Shown here piece by piece: positions 27,780 through 41,319 of a stretch of 64,000 nucleotides of DNA (positions within the stretch are counted from its first letter, which is position 1; each line of letters opens with the position of its first letter). The DNA is taken from positions 104,842,001 to 104,906,000 of the forward strand of contig OX597822.1 of the NCBI GenBank assembly GCA_951406725.2, given 5' to 3'. The notes below the pieces were generated by a model. That model saw only the letters and a program-made list of their open reading frames with translations. It ran no database searches and was not told where the DNA came from. The stretch comes from Octopus vulgaris. Lineage: Eukaryota. The translations under genes and the position numbers were made by a program.

Positions 27780-28217
27780 TGACCAGGATTCAAGTGGATC
27801 AGGCACTCAAATGGTAAATTACCAGGTCGGGTCGAAACGTAAAAGTATACACAACGAAAATAAAGGTATACATATACGGGTACCAAAGTAAAGCAGAAAT
27901 ATATTCAGGATAGTATATAAACGATTATCTGTACCCGACTGAGTATAACAATAGCCCTGAGGTTAATCAAGGAACGGATATTTTCGTAAATGTACAGTTC
28001 AGATCTACGTAAGAAGCAAATTATGAGAGAGGGGAATAATAAATAAATGACTAAATAGATACAGCTGGGTCAGCGAGGCTCATAGGATCATGAAGGTACA
28101 CATCCCGCTGGCTTTTGAATGCTTTGAGATGTTGTGTTTGATGTAGTTATTAATCAATCAAAAATTCATTGGAAACAGCTGTATTGTCAACTCATACAGT
28201 ACCCGTCTGTTGTTTAA

Positions 28218-28264
<47 letters not shown>

Positions 28265-28267
<3 letters not shown>

Positions 28268-28316
28268 TTATATATAGAGGGCATTATACATGTATAATGC
28301 CCTCTATATATAAATT
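28265..28316. repeat. Perfect 52-bp palindrome at the start of a (TA)n-flanked insert
   Basis: aatttatatatagagggcattataca|tgtataatgccctctatatataaatt. Confidence 0.9.
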
Positions 28317-28432
28317 AATATGTTCAATAAGAAATAATTATTTTCGAAATTTTTTCTCTTATGAGGTTTTTACGCTATCTACCTGACAATTTCTTGTTAA
28401 GTTTTCCTTATTAAGTAGTTGTCCTTAATTGC

Positions 28433-28491
<59 letters not shown>

Positions 28492-28555
28492 TTTCGTATA
28501 TATATGTATAGTATATGTATGCATATATGTATATATATATGTATGTATCTATCTA

Positions 28556-28586
<31 letters not shown>

Positions 28587-28587
28587 T

Positions 28588-28624
<37 letters not shown>

Positions 28625-28731
28625 ACACACACACACACATACAGACATATATAAAATAGACCTCTGTGTATGTATGTGTATTTTCATGCGAAAACGGCTG
28701 CGCGAATTACTTCGATATATAACGGGGCCAT

Positions 28732-28952
28732 GGCGACGAGCTGGCAGAAACGTTAGCACGCCTGGCGAAATGCTTAGCGGTATTTCGTCTGCCGTTACGT
28801 TCTGAGTTCAAATTCCGCCGAGGGCGACTTTGCCTTTCATCCTTTCGGGGTCGATAAATTAAGTACCTGGGATCGATCTAATCGACTTAATTCTTTTGTC
28901 TGTCCTTGTTTGTCCCCTCTATGTTTAGCCCCCTGTCGGCAATAAAGAAATA
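28732..28952 (+). mobile_element. SINE family A
   Basis: Full copy; possible TSD gata(t/c)ataa. Confidence 0.85.
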
Positions 28953-29363
28953 GATACATAATAGCGTCTTCAGTTTATTTTTTTTTAAACAAAAATAAAT
29001 AGTATTGCTCCATTTTTACGATTCACTTCTTTAAAAAGGTTTCTCAATGTCAACATTCAATATTGACGTAGCAACGGCGAAGTTTTCCGTTTTCATTTGC
29101 AAAACGTTTCACTTTCTATTTTGATATTTTCATTTCAAATTTTAATTCACTATTTGCAAACAACTCCGATAAATTACTGAAAGTAATATTTACTAAGTTC
29201 ACAAATTTAGGTATTCAGTACAAGAACATTTATAAATACGATTTTTTTTCATTACATGTTTAGATCATTTATGGTTTGCAATATTCTCACTCTCACAAAC
29301 ACACACAAGTCATCCACACACGCGCCCGTGTATTTTTGTAAGTACGCGTGTGTGTTATTGAGT

Positions 29364-29395
<32 letters not shown>

Positions 29396-29533
29396 CAGAG
29401 AGAGAGAGAGGTAGTCAGGGGGGTGTTGTCATATATACGTACATACATAAATACATCTTTTTTGTATTATATGTGTGTGTGTGTGTGTGTGTGAGACAGA
29501 AAGATACAGAGCATGATGTCTAAGTGGCATTGA

Positions 29534-29598
<65 letters not shown>

Positions 29599-29974
29599 GT
29601 ACATACATACGCACATATAATACAAAACAGATGTATGCATATTTATTTATGTATGTAAGTATACATGACAACACACTGCTTCTCTCTCTCTCTCTCTCTC
29701 ACTCATGCATGTCCATTTAATCTGACGTTTGATGCTATGTGTGTGCATGTGTGTGTGTGCGCGCGTGCGTGCGTGAAGCGTTCCACAATCGCAATTTATT
29801 GCTATCAATCTTGTAAAGATATTCCCGTGACTTATTTTTTCCTTTAATCCCCATTTTAATTTTGGAAAATAAAAATTTCCCAGAGCAATGTCCTCACACT
29901 CTACAAGAGGGGTCAGGGTAGATGTAAATGATCAGTATTCTACAGTGAAATAAAGACAAGTACAGGTAACCAGT

Positions 29975-31448
29975 GTCAATGTTGAATTCTGCAACCCTGT
30001 AAACGCTATCAAGTATGTTTGCTTATATACAAAGGTTTAGTTGCTGCAACAGAATGGTAGTCAGCAGATAAATAAAAATTACGAAGAGACATAGTATGAC
30101 AGAGGAAGATACATCAATACCAATGAGGCTATTTGGCGCATTTTCAATTTTCCCATTCTTGAGAAGCTCCCAGCCATTATTCATCTGAGTGTCCATCTAG
30201 AGAATGGTCACATGTTTATATTTGCAAACCAAACAGCCTCGCAACAAGCATTTTCTCCAAACGAAATTACACTTACTGCGTTTTTTAAGCTGTGTCAAGT
30301 AGATGAAGATGCAAGAAAACTCATTTACCCATAATTACTCAAGTATTACACCTGGAGAAACAATAAATGGCACAAGAGTAAATGTGGGTCTGATGCTCTC
30401 GCGAGAGTTAACAGTGTCCCCCGAAACCAGGCAGAATGCTACTGCTTACAGCTCCTTTTGCATGATGTACGTGGTCCCAAATCGTTCCAAGATTCGAGGG
30501 GGGTAAATGGCCATGTATGTAAAACTTATAGGGAAATATGCTATCAACAAGATTTTGCTTTTTTTTTGGGGGGGGGGATGATGAGCATTGGGACCTTCCA
30601 TTAACTAAAGTATTAGTATCAGATTCTCCAAGGAAAATCCGTAACATTTTTGCAATTATACTAAACATGTGTCAACTTGGCAGTCTCCTACAGCTTTGGA
30701 TGAAACATCGTGAGGACATGGTTGACGATTTAAACTATGCAGTTCAACAGGCAAACCCAGATATCAATATCCAGTTACCTGAAACCAAGCATCGATTCAA
30801 ATTGAGGATCAAGTTTGGCCATGGGAGACAAAAATTTGCAAGAGTCTGGCTCTGGATTGCCAAAACGCAAACCGTTAAATTAGTGATTTAACTTCAAGAG
30901 ACATAGCAAGAGAGACAAATTATGACAGTAAAGACATGGCTGCATTTGTGAATGAACATGAACCTAAATATCTTCCTGAACAACACGCTGTGCATAAGAT
31001 AAAATGTTCGTTTATAATAATGATAATAATAATAATAATAATAATTATAATAATAATAATAATAATAATTATATTATTATTATCATTATTATTATTATTA
31101 TTATTATTATTCAGTAGTTTTATTTTTATAGCGTGCTTTCACTTCACTACCGAGCGCAGCTCTGTGTGCCTTGGGTATGTGCTGTGATTTGTTGTGATGC
31201 TCTGATGGTTATTGTATGGAAAGTGTTCTGCGTAGGATGTGTGCAGTGCCTAGTAGTGCAATTTTCTGTATGATATATGTGTTTGTAAGTCCTGGTGTTT
31301 TTGTTATGTATTTGTCTGAATATTTTTTTATCATGCCTAATGCACTTACTATGATAGGAATTGTTTCTGTTTTCAGATTCCACATTCTAGTTACCTCTAT
31401 TTCCAGGTCTTTGTATTTTGAGAGTTTCTCCATTTCTTTTAGAGACAC

Positions 31449-31523
<75 letters not shown>

Positions 31524-31675
31524 CATCATCATCATCATCATTGTATTCTGAATTCAGGATTGATTTCTCAGTTGAAGAATAAATTGAATTTAGAATAACA
31601 AATTTCTATATAACATAGTTTGCGTTTTCTTACAATATATAAGGAACAACTTCATTCTCGGGAAACGCCGGGTGC

Positions 31676-31680
<5 letters not shown>
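29975..31680 (+). mobile_element. Helitron relic (RepHel fragment and 3' terminal hairpin)
   Basis: Translates to NVEFCNPVNAIKYVC, GRYINTNEAIWRIFNFPI, HLSVHLENG, TLTAFFKLCQ, YYTW, LLLHDVRGPKSF, DDEHW, IRNIFAIIL..C..LW; 3' hairpin-like ctcgggaaacgccggg at 31657-31672. Confidence 0.88.
31110..31449 (-). mobile_element. 5'-truncated R4/Dong-type non-LTR retrotransposon 3' end inserted in (TAA)n
   Basis: KEMEKLSKYKDLEIEVTRMWNLKTETIPIIVSALGMI...QKIALLGTAHILRRTL* is a REL-endonuclease C-terminus; (TAA)n on both sides. Confidence 0.8.
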
Positions 31681-31720
<40 letters not shown>

Positions 31721-31725
<5 letters not shown>

Positions 31726-32040
31726 CGACTCCTTCACCTGCACTTCTAATAATGTCATCTACTGCATCTCCTGCTCTCTCTCTATCTTTCTCTATACATC
31801 GGGCAAACGGGTCTCCGCTTGGCTGACCAGTTTGCGGAACACCTCCGAGACATCCGACTCGGCAATGATACCCCGGTCTCGCACCATTTCCGCTCTACCG
31901 GTCACTCTTTGCAACAGCTGTCCATGTTCAGATTGTCCTTGCACAGGGGCCACCCGGACTCCCGTTTGCGCCGTGAAGATGGATTAATCTTCTCTCTTCG
32001 CTCCTTTGCGCCACACGGACTCAACTCTCCTTCCATCTCC
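31721..32040 (+). mobile_element. Penelope-like element GIY-YIG endonuclease fragment
   Basis: FTCTSNNVIYCISC, YIGQTGLRLADQFAEHLRDI, PVSHHF, RLRRE..LIFSLRSFAPHGLN; frameshifted. Confidence 0.85.
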
Positions 32041-32454
32041 TCACTCCCCCTCACACCTACTTCCGCCCTCACACCTACTTCCGCCCAACCACCTCCCTTC
32101 TCTTGTTCCGACTCCTACTTCTCTTCACTCCTACTCTCCTTCTCTCTTCATTCCTACCCACATTCTCCTGCCCTCTTCATCGTCACCCCTCCCTCGTAAC
32201 CCCACACCACCCCTACACATTCCAACGCTGGTTAGCAATTGATGGTGTGGAACAAACACAAAAGACACACACGCATATATAGATATATAAGTATCTATAA
32301 ATTCGGTGGTCTTTCAGTTATTGTCTACAAATTACTCTAACGGGTTTTAGGTCAACCTGAAAGTATTATAACAATCATCCGTCCAAGGTGCTACGCAGGT
32401 GCGCCTGTTCCTAGGTGTGTCTATATATATATATGTATGTGTGTGTGCGTCTGT

Positions 32455-32666
32455 GTGCATGTTTGTATATCTGTGTTTGTACCCCCACCATCGCTTGACA
32501 GCTGATATTATTGTCTTTACATTCCCGTAACTTAGCGTTTCGACAGAAGCGCCCGATAGAATAAGTACTAGGCAGACAAACAAAGAATAAGTCCTGGGGT
32601 CGATGTGTTCGACTAAAGGCGGTGCTCCAGCATGGCCTCAGTCAAATGGCTGAAACAAATAAAAGA

Positions 32667-32668
<2 letters not shown>
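32455..32668 (+). mobile_element. SINE family B, 3' half
   Basis: Tail ggcggtgctccagcatggcctcagtcaaatggctgaaac. Confidence 0.75.
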
Positions 32669-32701
<33 letters not shown>

Positions 32702-33128
32702 TGTATGTATGTATGTATGTATGTATGTATATATGAGTGTGTTTATGTATATGGGGAAAGAGATTTTTTACAACTGGAACGTCATAGAGAGACTAAAGGG
32801 AATCTATTGATTATCCAATGACATGAACTTAAATAATTCATGTCAGTCCTGAACTATTGAACTATCGAATAACACAAAAATATTTGCCACCGAATCGTAT
32901 TTTGCTTCTTGTTACTGAATGTCGATAAGAAATGCAAGATAGTAGCATAGCATAATGTATAGACAATGGTAGAAGTAACTATCTATAACATTTTGTCTCA
33001 GAAAACTTCTGAAACTGACATTCGTATTAAAATGCAGAATGTCATTGGCTGTTTGTCATATATCTTTGTCCGACCTGTGTTGGCCTATTTAACGAAGAAA
33101 ACCCCAGGGTAGTGTTTGCTAAGTGGAA

Positions 33129-33253
<125 letters not shown>

Positions 33254-33308
33254 CTTTATCTATCTATCTATCTCTTTATCTATGTAACTTACTATCTATC
33301 TATCTATC

Positions 33309-33441
<133 letters not shown>

Positions 33442-35109
33442 CTATTTATCTATTTATCAATCTGTCTATCTATCATTTATTGTAGACAGTCTAAAGATTC
33501 GAACTAGTAAAAGTTTCTTGCTTTGGAGAGGCGTGTCTAATCAGGTCTGTATTATATCCCTTGCGTCTCCAAGCAATAATCGGGCACACGGTACCTATTG
33601 AATTCCCTAACTAGGATGCTAGTACAAGATAAATCACGTGAAAAAACGAGAAGGTAGATGAATAATGTGGAAGGGTGAACAAAAGTTGAAAAAAAATATA
33701 TTGGAGTTATTTCCCCTTTCGCCGTAAAACCATAATTAAGCTAATTGTACAATAATTCAACGGAGAGGACTCCAAAGTCCGCGAGAAAGCAGCTCAGTTT
33801 GGAGAGGGTTGGACAAGAAATTTGTCCATATGTTTGCATTTGCAGAAAATTTCAGATCTGGATTTCAGTAGTGTGATGGAATTCATAGATCTAAAAAGAA
33901 TATGCGATCTTTCAGTTACGCTGTGTTTCTTAGACCCATTGATATATGGCTGGGATATTTCTACGCTTCTTTACTTGGCTCTATGTGGTGTGTAGTTGGT
34001 CTTTAAACCTCATACGTGGCTAGCCATCTTAGTGGTTTTACATTTGTCGGCGTACCAGAAAGAACATAGGTGGTTTGAATAATTTTCCGTCTTTTCTCTG
34101 GGGTTTTTTTCTCGTTTTATTAACCCTTCCACGTTTTGCATCAATCTGCTTCTCCTTTTTATTTTCTCTTGATTGCTCTTGTACGACAGTCCCAATTTTC
34201 AAATTGAATAGATAATGTTGTCAGAGCCTGAGGTTTATTGAATGATGCAAGTCCTGTTATAAAAAAACCTGCCTAGATCCGCATCTCAAACTATTAGTAA
34301 CTTGCATTTTTATAAGTGTGTACATTAAATGACATCTATCTTCCACTGGTTGAAATACGTTTTTGTTGATATTACTTTAACGGAACAGTAAACTATATAT
34401 ATGAGTGCATAGCCTAAAGAAAGGGGCACTCAGCACATTTGATAGGAGTGACATGTATTATTTAATAACAGTTTGAATTTACTCCTTACGATTTAGAGTT
34501 TCGGAGGTACTTAAGACGAGCCTAGAAAGTCTGGCATCTGGAGAACGGATAACAGACAAATCCATGATGGCCTCTAAATGTTAGGCCTGTATTGGTCATC
34601 TCAGGTCACGTCGTGTTATTCTTATGGTCGTTCTTAGGTTTACAATATGTGGTCAAACAGGATTTTAGTATGAAGCTGTTACCATTACGTCTGGAGATTG
34701 AGTGATGATTTATTAAGCGACAGCATTTTATTGTATTTACTGCAAAACATGGTTGAGTTGGGTGTTGTCACGGGTTAAAGGAGAACTAATACAAGCGGTG
34801 AGAGCCGTTTTCTGGGGAATAACCAGATTTAGTGGTAATGGGTTAAAATTTGATGGTTCTAGGTTGGATTGTCACCATGGATGAGGTTGAAGTGTATGCA
34901 GACGGCAGAGGTTAAGAAACATGCCCTTGAGTATGGAACAAACAATTCTGTATGGCACACATCATGTCAATGAGAAAGAAAGGATATTTGTAATAGGAAA
35001 GAATTTCGAAAAGAGAGGTAAATGAAAAGAAAAGTATACAAGCATGTCATATACTTCGTGTTGAATTTTTTTTTTCTGACAGGCAATTCTGAAAATCAAA
35101 TACCAGATA

Positions 35110-35563
35110 CGGATCTTTTCGGTTTGAACGGCAGTTTTTAACATAATTTCTAGGTAACTAAAAAATTTTAAACTTCGTATACTGGTAGAATGTGTTTATA
35201 AAACATCTTTTTCTCTTGGCTTTATTGAGAAAATTTTATAGTTTGTAAGATATTTGTTGTTGTTTTTTCTTCAATTTCTGCAATTTCAACCAATCACTGA
35301 CTTTTTTTTTAGGTAAAAAACATTATGTGCCGTATGAATATGTCCCTCGTTTAAGAAACAGATTGGGTTTATTTACATTTGTGAAGAAAAAAATATACCC
35401 TTCCCCCACCCCTAACCCTAACCCTAACCATAACTAACCCTAACTAACCCTAACCCTAAAACAGATTGAAATGCAATAGATCGATACTAGGGTCATAATT
35501 ATGGGTGACAATTTCATATGTCACTGCTAGAAAAAAAACTGCTGTTCAAACCGAAAAGATCCG
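35110..35563. mobile_element. MITE with TIR GGATCTTTTCGGTTTGAAC, 6-bp TSD and internal (CCCTAA)n
   Basis: TIRs at both ends; flanks cagata/cagtta; second copy at 49552-49966. Confidence 0.9.
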
Positions 35564-36304
35564 CAGTTACTTTTCTTTATGCAAATAATTACAATGAACT
35601 TTACTTCTAGAACAGAAATTCTTCTTATTCAGTGATTATTCGAAAATTTTTCAGGTAACCAGCAATGACAACTCATCATATTTTTGTCGTTACTATGATT
35701 GTATTCTGCACCATAGTCAGAATATGTTTGTCTATATGAATATCTGTGTGTTGGCATACTTACGCGATGCATTCATGTACGTGTGTGTTCGTTCATACAT
35801 GTGTCTAAGGTATTCTACTATTGCGTTTGATCTCATAGTTTATTGATATTTTTGAGTAGTAATTTCTGACTTAAGCAACTTTGGCACTAGATCAAAGTTT
35901 AGAAAAGGAAATCAATTAGTGGAATCTACTGTTATGTCTTATTTCTGTTAATCCCATACACCTTAGATACATGAAAGCCATTTCGACTGATGTAGGATTC
36001 GAAATCGTCGCCGCAAGGTATGGACTCTATCACATCCACGAATTCATCGAACATAGCATATATTGATTTCTATTTTGGTTTCACAATCACACATTTAATA
36101 TGCGTGTATGTGTGTATGTGTGTAAGAGAGAAAAGTAAAGAAGAGAGAGAGATAGAGTGAGAGAGAAAGAGAGAGAGAGTGTGAGAGAAACAAAGATCAG
36201 TCGGATATGTTGAATTCAATATTTCTTAATTTATCAAACGCATCACCTGAACATTAATTTAACAACGGCAAGATTCGAAATGGAAATGGAAGGAGCACAA
36301 ACAA

Positions 36305-36523
36305 ATATTGGTTTAAAATTTTGGCACAGAGCCGGTCATTTCAGGAGAGTGGGTTGATTGAATACATCGACTCCAGTACTCAAATGGTACTTATTTTATC
36401 GGCCCTGAACGGATGAAAGGCATAGTTGACCTCGGCGATATTTGAACTCCGAATTTACGAACGGTCGAAAAATCACAAACAATTTTAACCTATGTGCTAA
36501 CGATTCTGCCAGCTCGCCGCCTC
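36305..36523 (-). mobile_element. SINE family A, diverged
   Basis: Reverse complement of the family A core and head. Confidence 0.7.
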
Positions 36524-36526
36524 AAG

Positions 36527-36910
36527 GACACGTCCGCTTTCCATGCTAGCATGGGCTGGACGATTTGACTGAGGTCTGGCGAATCAGATAGCCGCTCCAA
36601 TCTTGATCTGTCAGTCTCTACAACTTGATGCCCTTCATAACGCCAACCACTCCGAGAGTGTAGCGCTTGCTTTTATGTGCCACCGGCACGAGAGTCAGTC
36701 AGGCGGTACTGGCAACGGCCACGCTCAAATGGTGTTTTTTACGTGCCACCTGCACAAGAGCCAGTCCAGCGGCACTGGCAACGACCTCGCTCGAATGTTT
36801 TTTCACGTGCCACCGGCACAAGTGCCAGTAAGGCGACGCTGGTAACGATCACGCTCGAACGGTGCTTTTTCGTGCCACCGGCACGGATGCTTTTTACGTG
36901 CCACCGGCAC
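36527..36910 (-). mobile_element. RTE-tail SINE with internal repeats (tttt(a/c)cgtgccaccggcac)
   Basis: Homologous to 715-866; about 5 internal copies of a gtgccacc(g/t)gcac motif. Confidence 0.7.
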
Positions 36911-36914
36911 GATC

Positions 36915-37300
36915 TTTTGTCTTTTAATTGTAGTCATTAGACTACGGCCATCCTGGGATACCGCATTGATGATCTTTTGTTCGAGTGTATCGTCCCCAAT
37001 ACTTTTTCTTATAGGCCTGGTAATTAATTATTCTATCAAACGTTTTGGCCGAACCGCTACGTTACGGGGACATAAACACACCATCACCAGTTGTGAAATG
37101 GTGGTAATGGGACAAGCAGAGACATAAAGACACACACACACACATACATACACTATGGGCTTCTTTCAATTTCCGTCTACCGAATACACTCCCAAGGTTT
37201 TGGTCGACCCAAAGCTATAGTAGAAGTCACTTGGCCATGGTCCACAGACTGAACCCCAAACCATGTAGTTTGAAAGTAAGGTTCGTACCACCCAACCACA
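36915..37300 (-). mobile_element. SINE family B, diverged
   Basis: gccgaaccgcta..gttacggggacataaacacacca, ttccgtctacc, gctatagtagaag. Confidence 0.7.
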
Positions 37301-37321
37301 CCTGCAATTATTAAAGTTGAA

Positions 37322-37394
37322 TAAAGCACTGAGATTCGAACTCGAATATTGCTGGGTTCAAAATTCAGAGTGCTAACCATTACACCATGAGACC
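37322..37394 (-). tRNA. tRNA-Gln(TTG) pseudogene
   Basis: Minus: ggtctcatggtgtaatggttagcactctgaattttgaacccagcaatattcgagttcgaatctcagtg closely follows eukaryotic tRNA-Gln; acceptor 3' strand and anticodon stem damaged. Confidence 0.75.
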
Positions 37395-37410
37395 TGTATA
37401 TATACATACA

Positions 37411-37575
<165 letters not shown>

Positions 37576-37971
37576 GTAGATAGATAGATAGATGATAAAT
37601 ACCTGAAGCCCGTCGCGAACAAACATAAATGCACACACACGCACACACGCATATGTATATACACACATACATATGTATGTGTGTGTCTGTGAGTATGTGT
37701 GTCTATGCTTGTATGTATTTTAGTTTGTTCATGGTGAGCCTCAGTATTTACCGTTTATCAATTTTCACCGAGGAAAGCACTAGTTCAACTGGGGTACCAA
37801 TATCAGATTATGCAAAATAGCACAAATGCTATAGGCCACGAATTTCCTGTGACACTACCTGAAGTAATTTATGACTTAATCTGCCATTTACTTTTGTGAA
37901 TGACTGGATATTTTACGTTGATCCAATATTTGGAATTCTTCAGAGGTGTAATACATTTTAATGTAATATAT

Positions 37972-38200
37972 ATTTCTTTACTACCCACAAGGGGCTAAAC
38001 ATAGAGGGGACAAACAAGGACAGACAAAGCGATTAAGTCAATTACATCGTCCCCAGTGCGAAACTGGTACTTTATTTATCGACCCCGAAAGGATGAAATG
38101 CAAAGTCGACCTCGGCGGAATTTGAACTCAGAACGTAACGACAGAATAAATACCTATTTCTTTACTACCCACAAGGGGCTAAACACAGAGAGGACAAACA
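37972..38200 (-). mobile_element. SINE family A, partial tandem dimer
   Basis: One head-less unit plus the tail of a second, joined at aaatacctatttcttt. Confidence 0.8.
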
Positions 38201-38348
38201 ATATAATGATTTTGACTTTACTAAGGTGATGCTTTTTTACATGAAATCAACATGCAATTTTGATAGAGGGTTTATATTTAGTTAACTTTAGTTAAATTTA
38301 AAGCAGATAGTTTATATCGTTCTACAATATAAATTTAATAAAAAGAAA

Positions 38349-38581
38349 GGCGATGAGCTGGCAGAAACGTTAGCGCACTGGGTGGAATTGCTTAGCAGTA
38401 TTTCATCTGTCGCTGCGTTCTGAGTTCAAATTCCTCCGAGGTCGACTTTACCTTTCATCCTTTCGGAGTCGATTAAATAAGTACCAGTTACGCACTAGGG
38501 CGGATATAATCGACTTAATCCCTTTGTCTGTCCTTGTTTGTCCTCTCTGTGTTTAGCCCCTTGTTGGTAGTAAAGAAATAG
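38349..38581 (+). mobile_element. SINE family A with about 15-bp TSD
   Basis: Flanks atataaa(t/c)ttaataaa. Confidence 0.85.
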
Positions 38582-39724
38582 ATATAAACTTAATAAAGAG
38601 TGTTCCTTTTATATAGTTTGGTATCAAAAGACTTCTTTTAAGTTTTGAGTTCAATCTCATCTATCTTGTTTTTTTGCTATTCATCCTTCCGAGGTCGATA
38701 AAATAAATACAAATTAATTAAGAGAATCGATATAATCGATTATTTTCTTATTCTCAGATACGTGACATTGTGTCTTTATCAGAAATATTTCAAATTTCAA
38801 ACTCAATGTACAGACATGTCTTCAATAAATATAATGAAAAAAAAAAAAAATAATAATCAAAGAAATAGAAAATATGAGGAATACTCAAAGACATGATTAG
38901 AATGAGGAACATAATTAAATTTTATTTCAGAACTAATTATTATATGCTGTCAATAACATATAATGTTTTTTAAAATATAAAAAGAAATATATAACCCGCG
39001 TCGGAAATATATCGCAGAACATAGTCTTTCATGAATGACAGGCAAATACGACTTGTAACAGAATTGATGTTATCAGCTTGACCTAGTCTAACATGTGCCA
39101 TTATGTTTAATTATAAACATTTATACATTTCGACGTAAACAATATCGAGTGATAGTGAAAATCAACCTGCTCATTAATTATAGGAACACTCATATTGTCG
39201 ATACACGGCGAAAGACGACAATTAGAAATGTTTTGCGAATATTAATAGTGAGTTACTAGTTTTTTGTTAAGTTACAATTTAGCATCCTTCTTTTTGGATA
39301 TCAGTGAGCAACAATTTACTCTCGCTCCTTAAGTGAACAGAAATTTTGCATCTTATTATAAATTTATATATATAAAGAGGCAGGCAACAGGCAGCTTAGT
39401 CACATACCGAAAGAATTAGAAATAGAAGTCAAAGACTGTTTATTTCTATTTTCTGCAAATAAGACTCCACATATAACATATTCATGTAATTCACATATGT
39501 AAAATAGAAGAAAAAAAAATGAAGGAAAAATAACGAAAGCAAAGTCTAGGTTTAATTTTTTCGGTATGTGGCTAAGCAACCTGTTGCTTGCCCCTTTTTA
39601 TTTATATACAAATATATATAGAACTTTTTTTTTTTTAAAGTTCCTACCGATAATGGTTATATTTACATGCCGAAATCTACCCGTAAATAATTGCCGTTTT
39701 TTTAAAACTATTAATTATTTACCG

Positions 39725-39791
<67 letters not shown>

Positions 39792-39794
<3 letters not shown>

Positions 39795-39947
39795 ATAAAA
39801 ATGGTAAGACAACAAAAGAATAAGTGACCTCAATATCATGTAAATAGAGGAATTTACCGTAAATGTAATATGTAACAATTATTCGGTAGCCATTAGGGAA
39901 GGTTTATCATGGCTACCCAATAATTGTCACATATTACATTTACAGAT
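39792..39947. repeat. (TA)n-flanked fold-back element
   Basis: gtaaatgtaatatgtaacaattattcggtagccat versus atggctacccaataattgtcacatattacatttac. Confidence 0.8.
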
Positions 39948-40106
39948 ATATATATATATATATATATATACATGTGCATATCTCTCTGTGTAAGTATATA
40001 CATGTATATCAGATACATATGGCTATTTGATATATCTATACATCTGAGTACAGACATATAAGTATGTAATTATTTACATAGATATATATATATATAGTAC
40101 ATTTAT

Positions 40107-40159
<53 letters not shown>

Positions 40160-40165
40160 ATTTAT

Positions 40166-40219
<54 letters not shown>

Positions 40220-40254
40220 ATATTTGTATACATATAGTTATATATGTACATATA

Positions 40255-40790
40255 TGCAAAAAGGTTTAAACGGGGCATAAGGACTACTATGAAGTCACTT
40301 GGAATGGATCCAGAGGACATAGAAACAAGTGTGGAGTGGAAGGAAAGCGTTTTTAGAGGCCAGTATAACGCATGCAAGACGCAAAAGAGATCTAAGAAAG
40401 AATGTTACGATCGAAAAGGTGAATCACAGTGACCTTTTTGAATGCACAGTTTATGGCAGACCATGCCTTTATTTTGCTGGGATCAAATTCCATTTACCAA
40501 CCCATGGAAAACGAACGTCTACCAACAATGCCGCCTATACGTCTGTGCACACCTGTCAATGCAATGTATGCTAGAAGGTTTGCAAATCGAACGGAGGCCT
40601 CAAAAGACATTTTAAGATCCACAAAGATCAGAATTTATCTGCAGCTTTTGGCGGTCCAAATCTTGCATGAAATCTATGTGGGTGTCTTTTCAGAACATAG
40701 CCTGGTTTAAAAATCCACATCAGATGACACGAGGGTTCTAAGGTGTAGATACAGGAAGTTATGAAACTCAGCATAAGCAGTAGACAACCA

Positions 40791-40793
<3 letters not shown>
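40255..40793 (+). mobile_element. RTE-type LINE 3' remnant with three terminal C2H2-like fingers, in (TA)n
   Basis: KRFKRGIRTTMKSLGMDPEDIE..W, FECTVYGRPC..AGIKFHLPTH, CNVC*KVCKSNGGLKRHFKIH, CGCLFRT*PGLKIHIR*H. Confidence 0.7.
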
Positions 40794-40859
<66 letters not shown>

Positions 40860-40945
40860 GAAATGAGGTAATCAGAAGATCGGATGGTTTATATTTACAG
40901 ATATTTATTTATATATTATATTTTTTAGATATATATATCATATCA

Positions 40946-40999
40946 CTTAGATCATTAGCGCTTTCTCCCATTCTGGTGGGGTTTTCAAATCAAACTAAG
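40946..40999 (-). ncRNA. Minimal type-I hammerhead, U3:A8 core variant
   Basis: Minus: CUUAGUUUGAU, UUGAAAA, CCCCA ccagaa UGGGA, GAA, AGCGCU, A, AUGAUCUAAG. Confidence 0.6.
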
Positions 41000-41034
41000 T
41001 TGTACTGATAACGCTCTCCTCTGTATAGTATATA

Positions 41035-41097
<63 letters not shown>

Positions 41098-41319
41098 GGG
41101 AAATGAAGATGATTAATGGTAGTACAAGCAACGTCATCTTTGGTACTGATAGTCATAACGATGATTATGATGACGGCGATGGTAATGGCAACTACTACTA
41201 CTACCACTAATATCCCCACCACAGCAACGACTAAATATCATGAGAAATTAATATCATTCTTTTATTCGAATATTATTTTGACTAAGAATACAATTTGAAA
41301 ATCTGTAAATATTATTACA

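Noticed and set aside
35410-35460. (CCCTAA)n as a telomere or fusion site
   Set aside because: Internal to a MITE whose second copy has the same tract in shorter form
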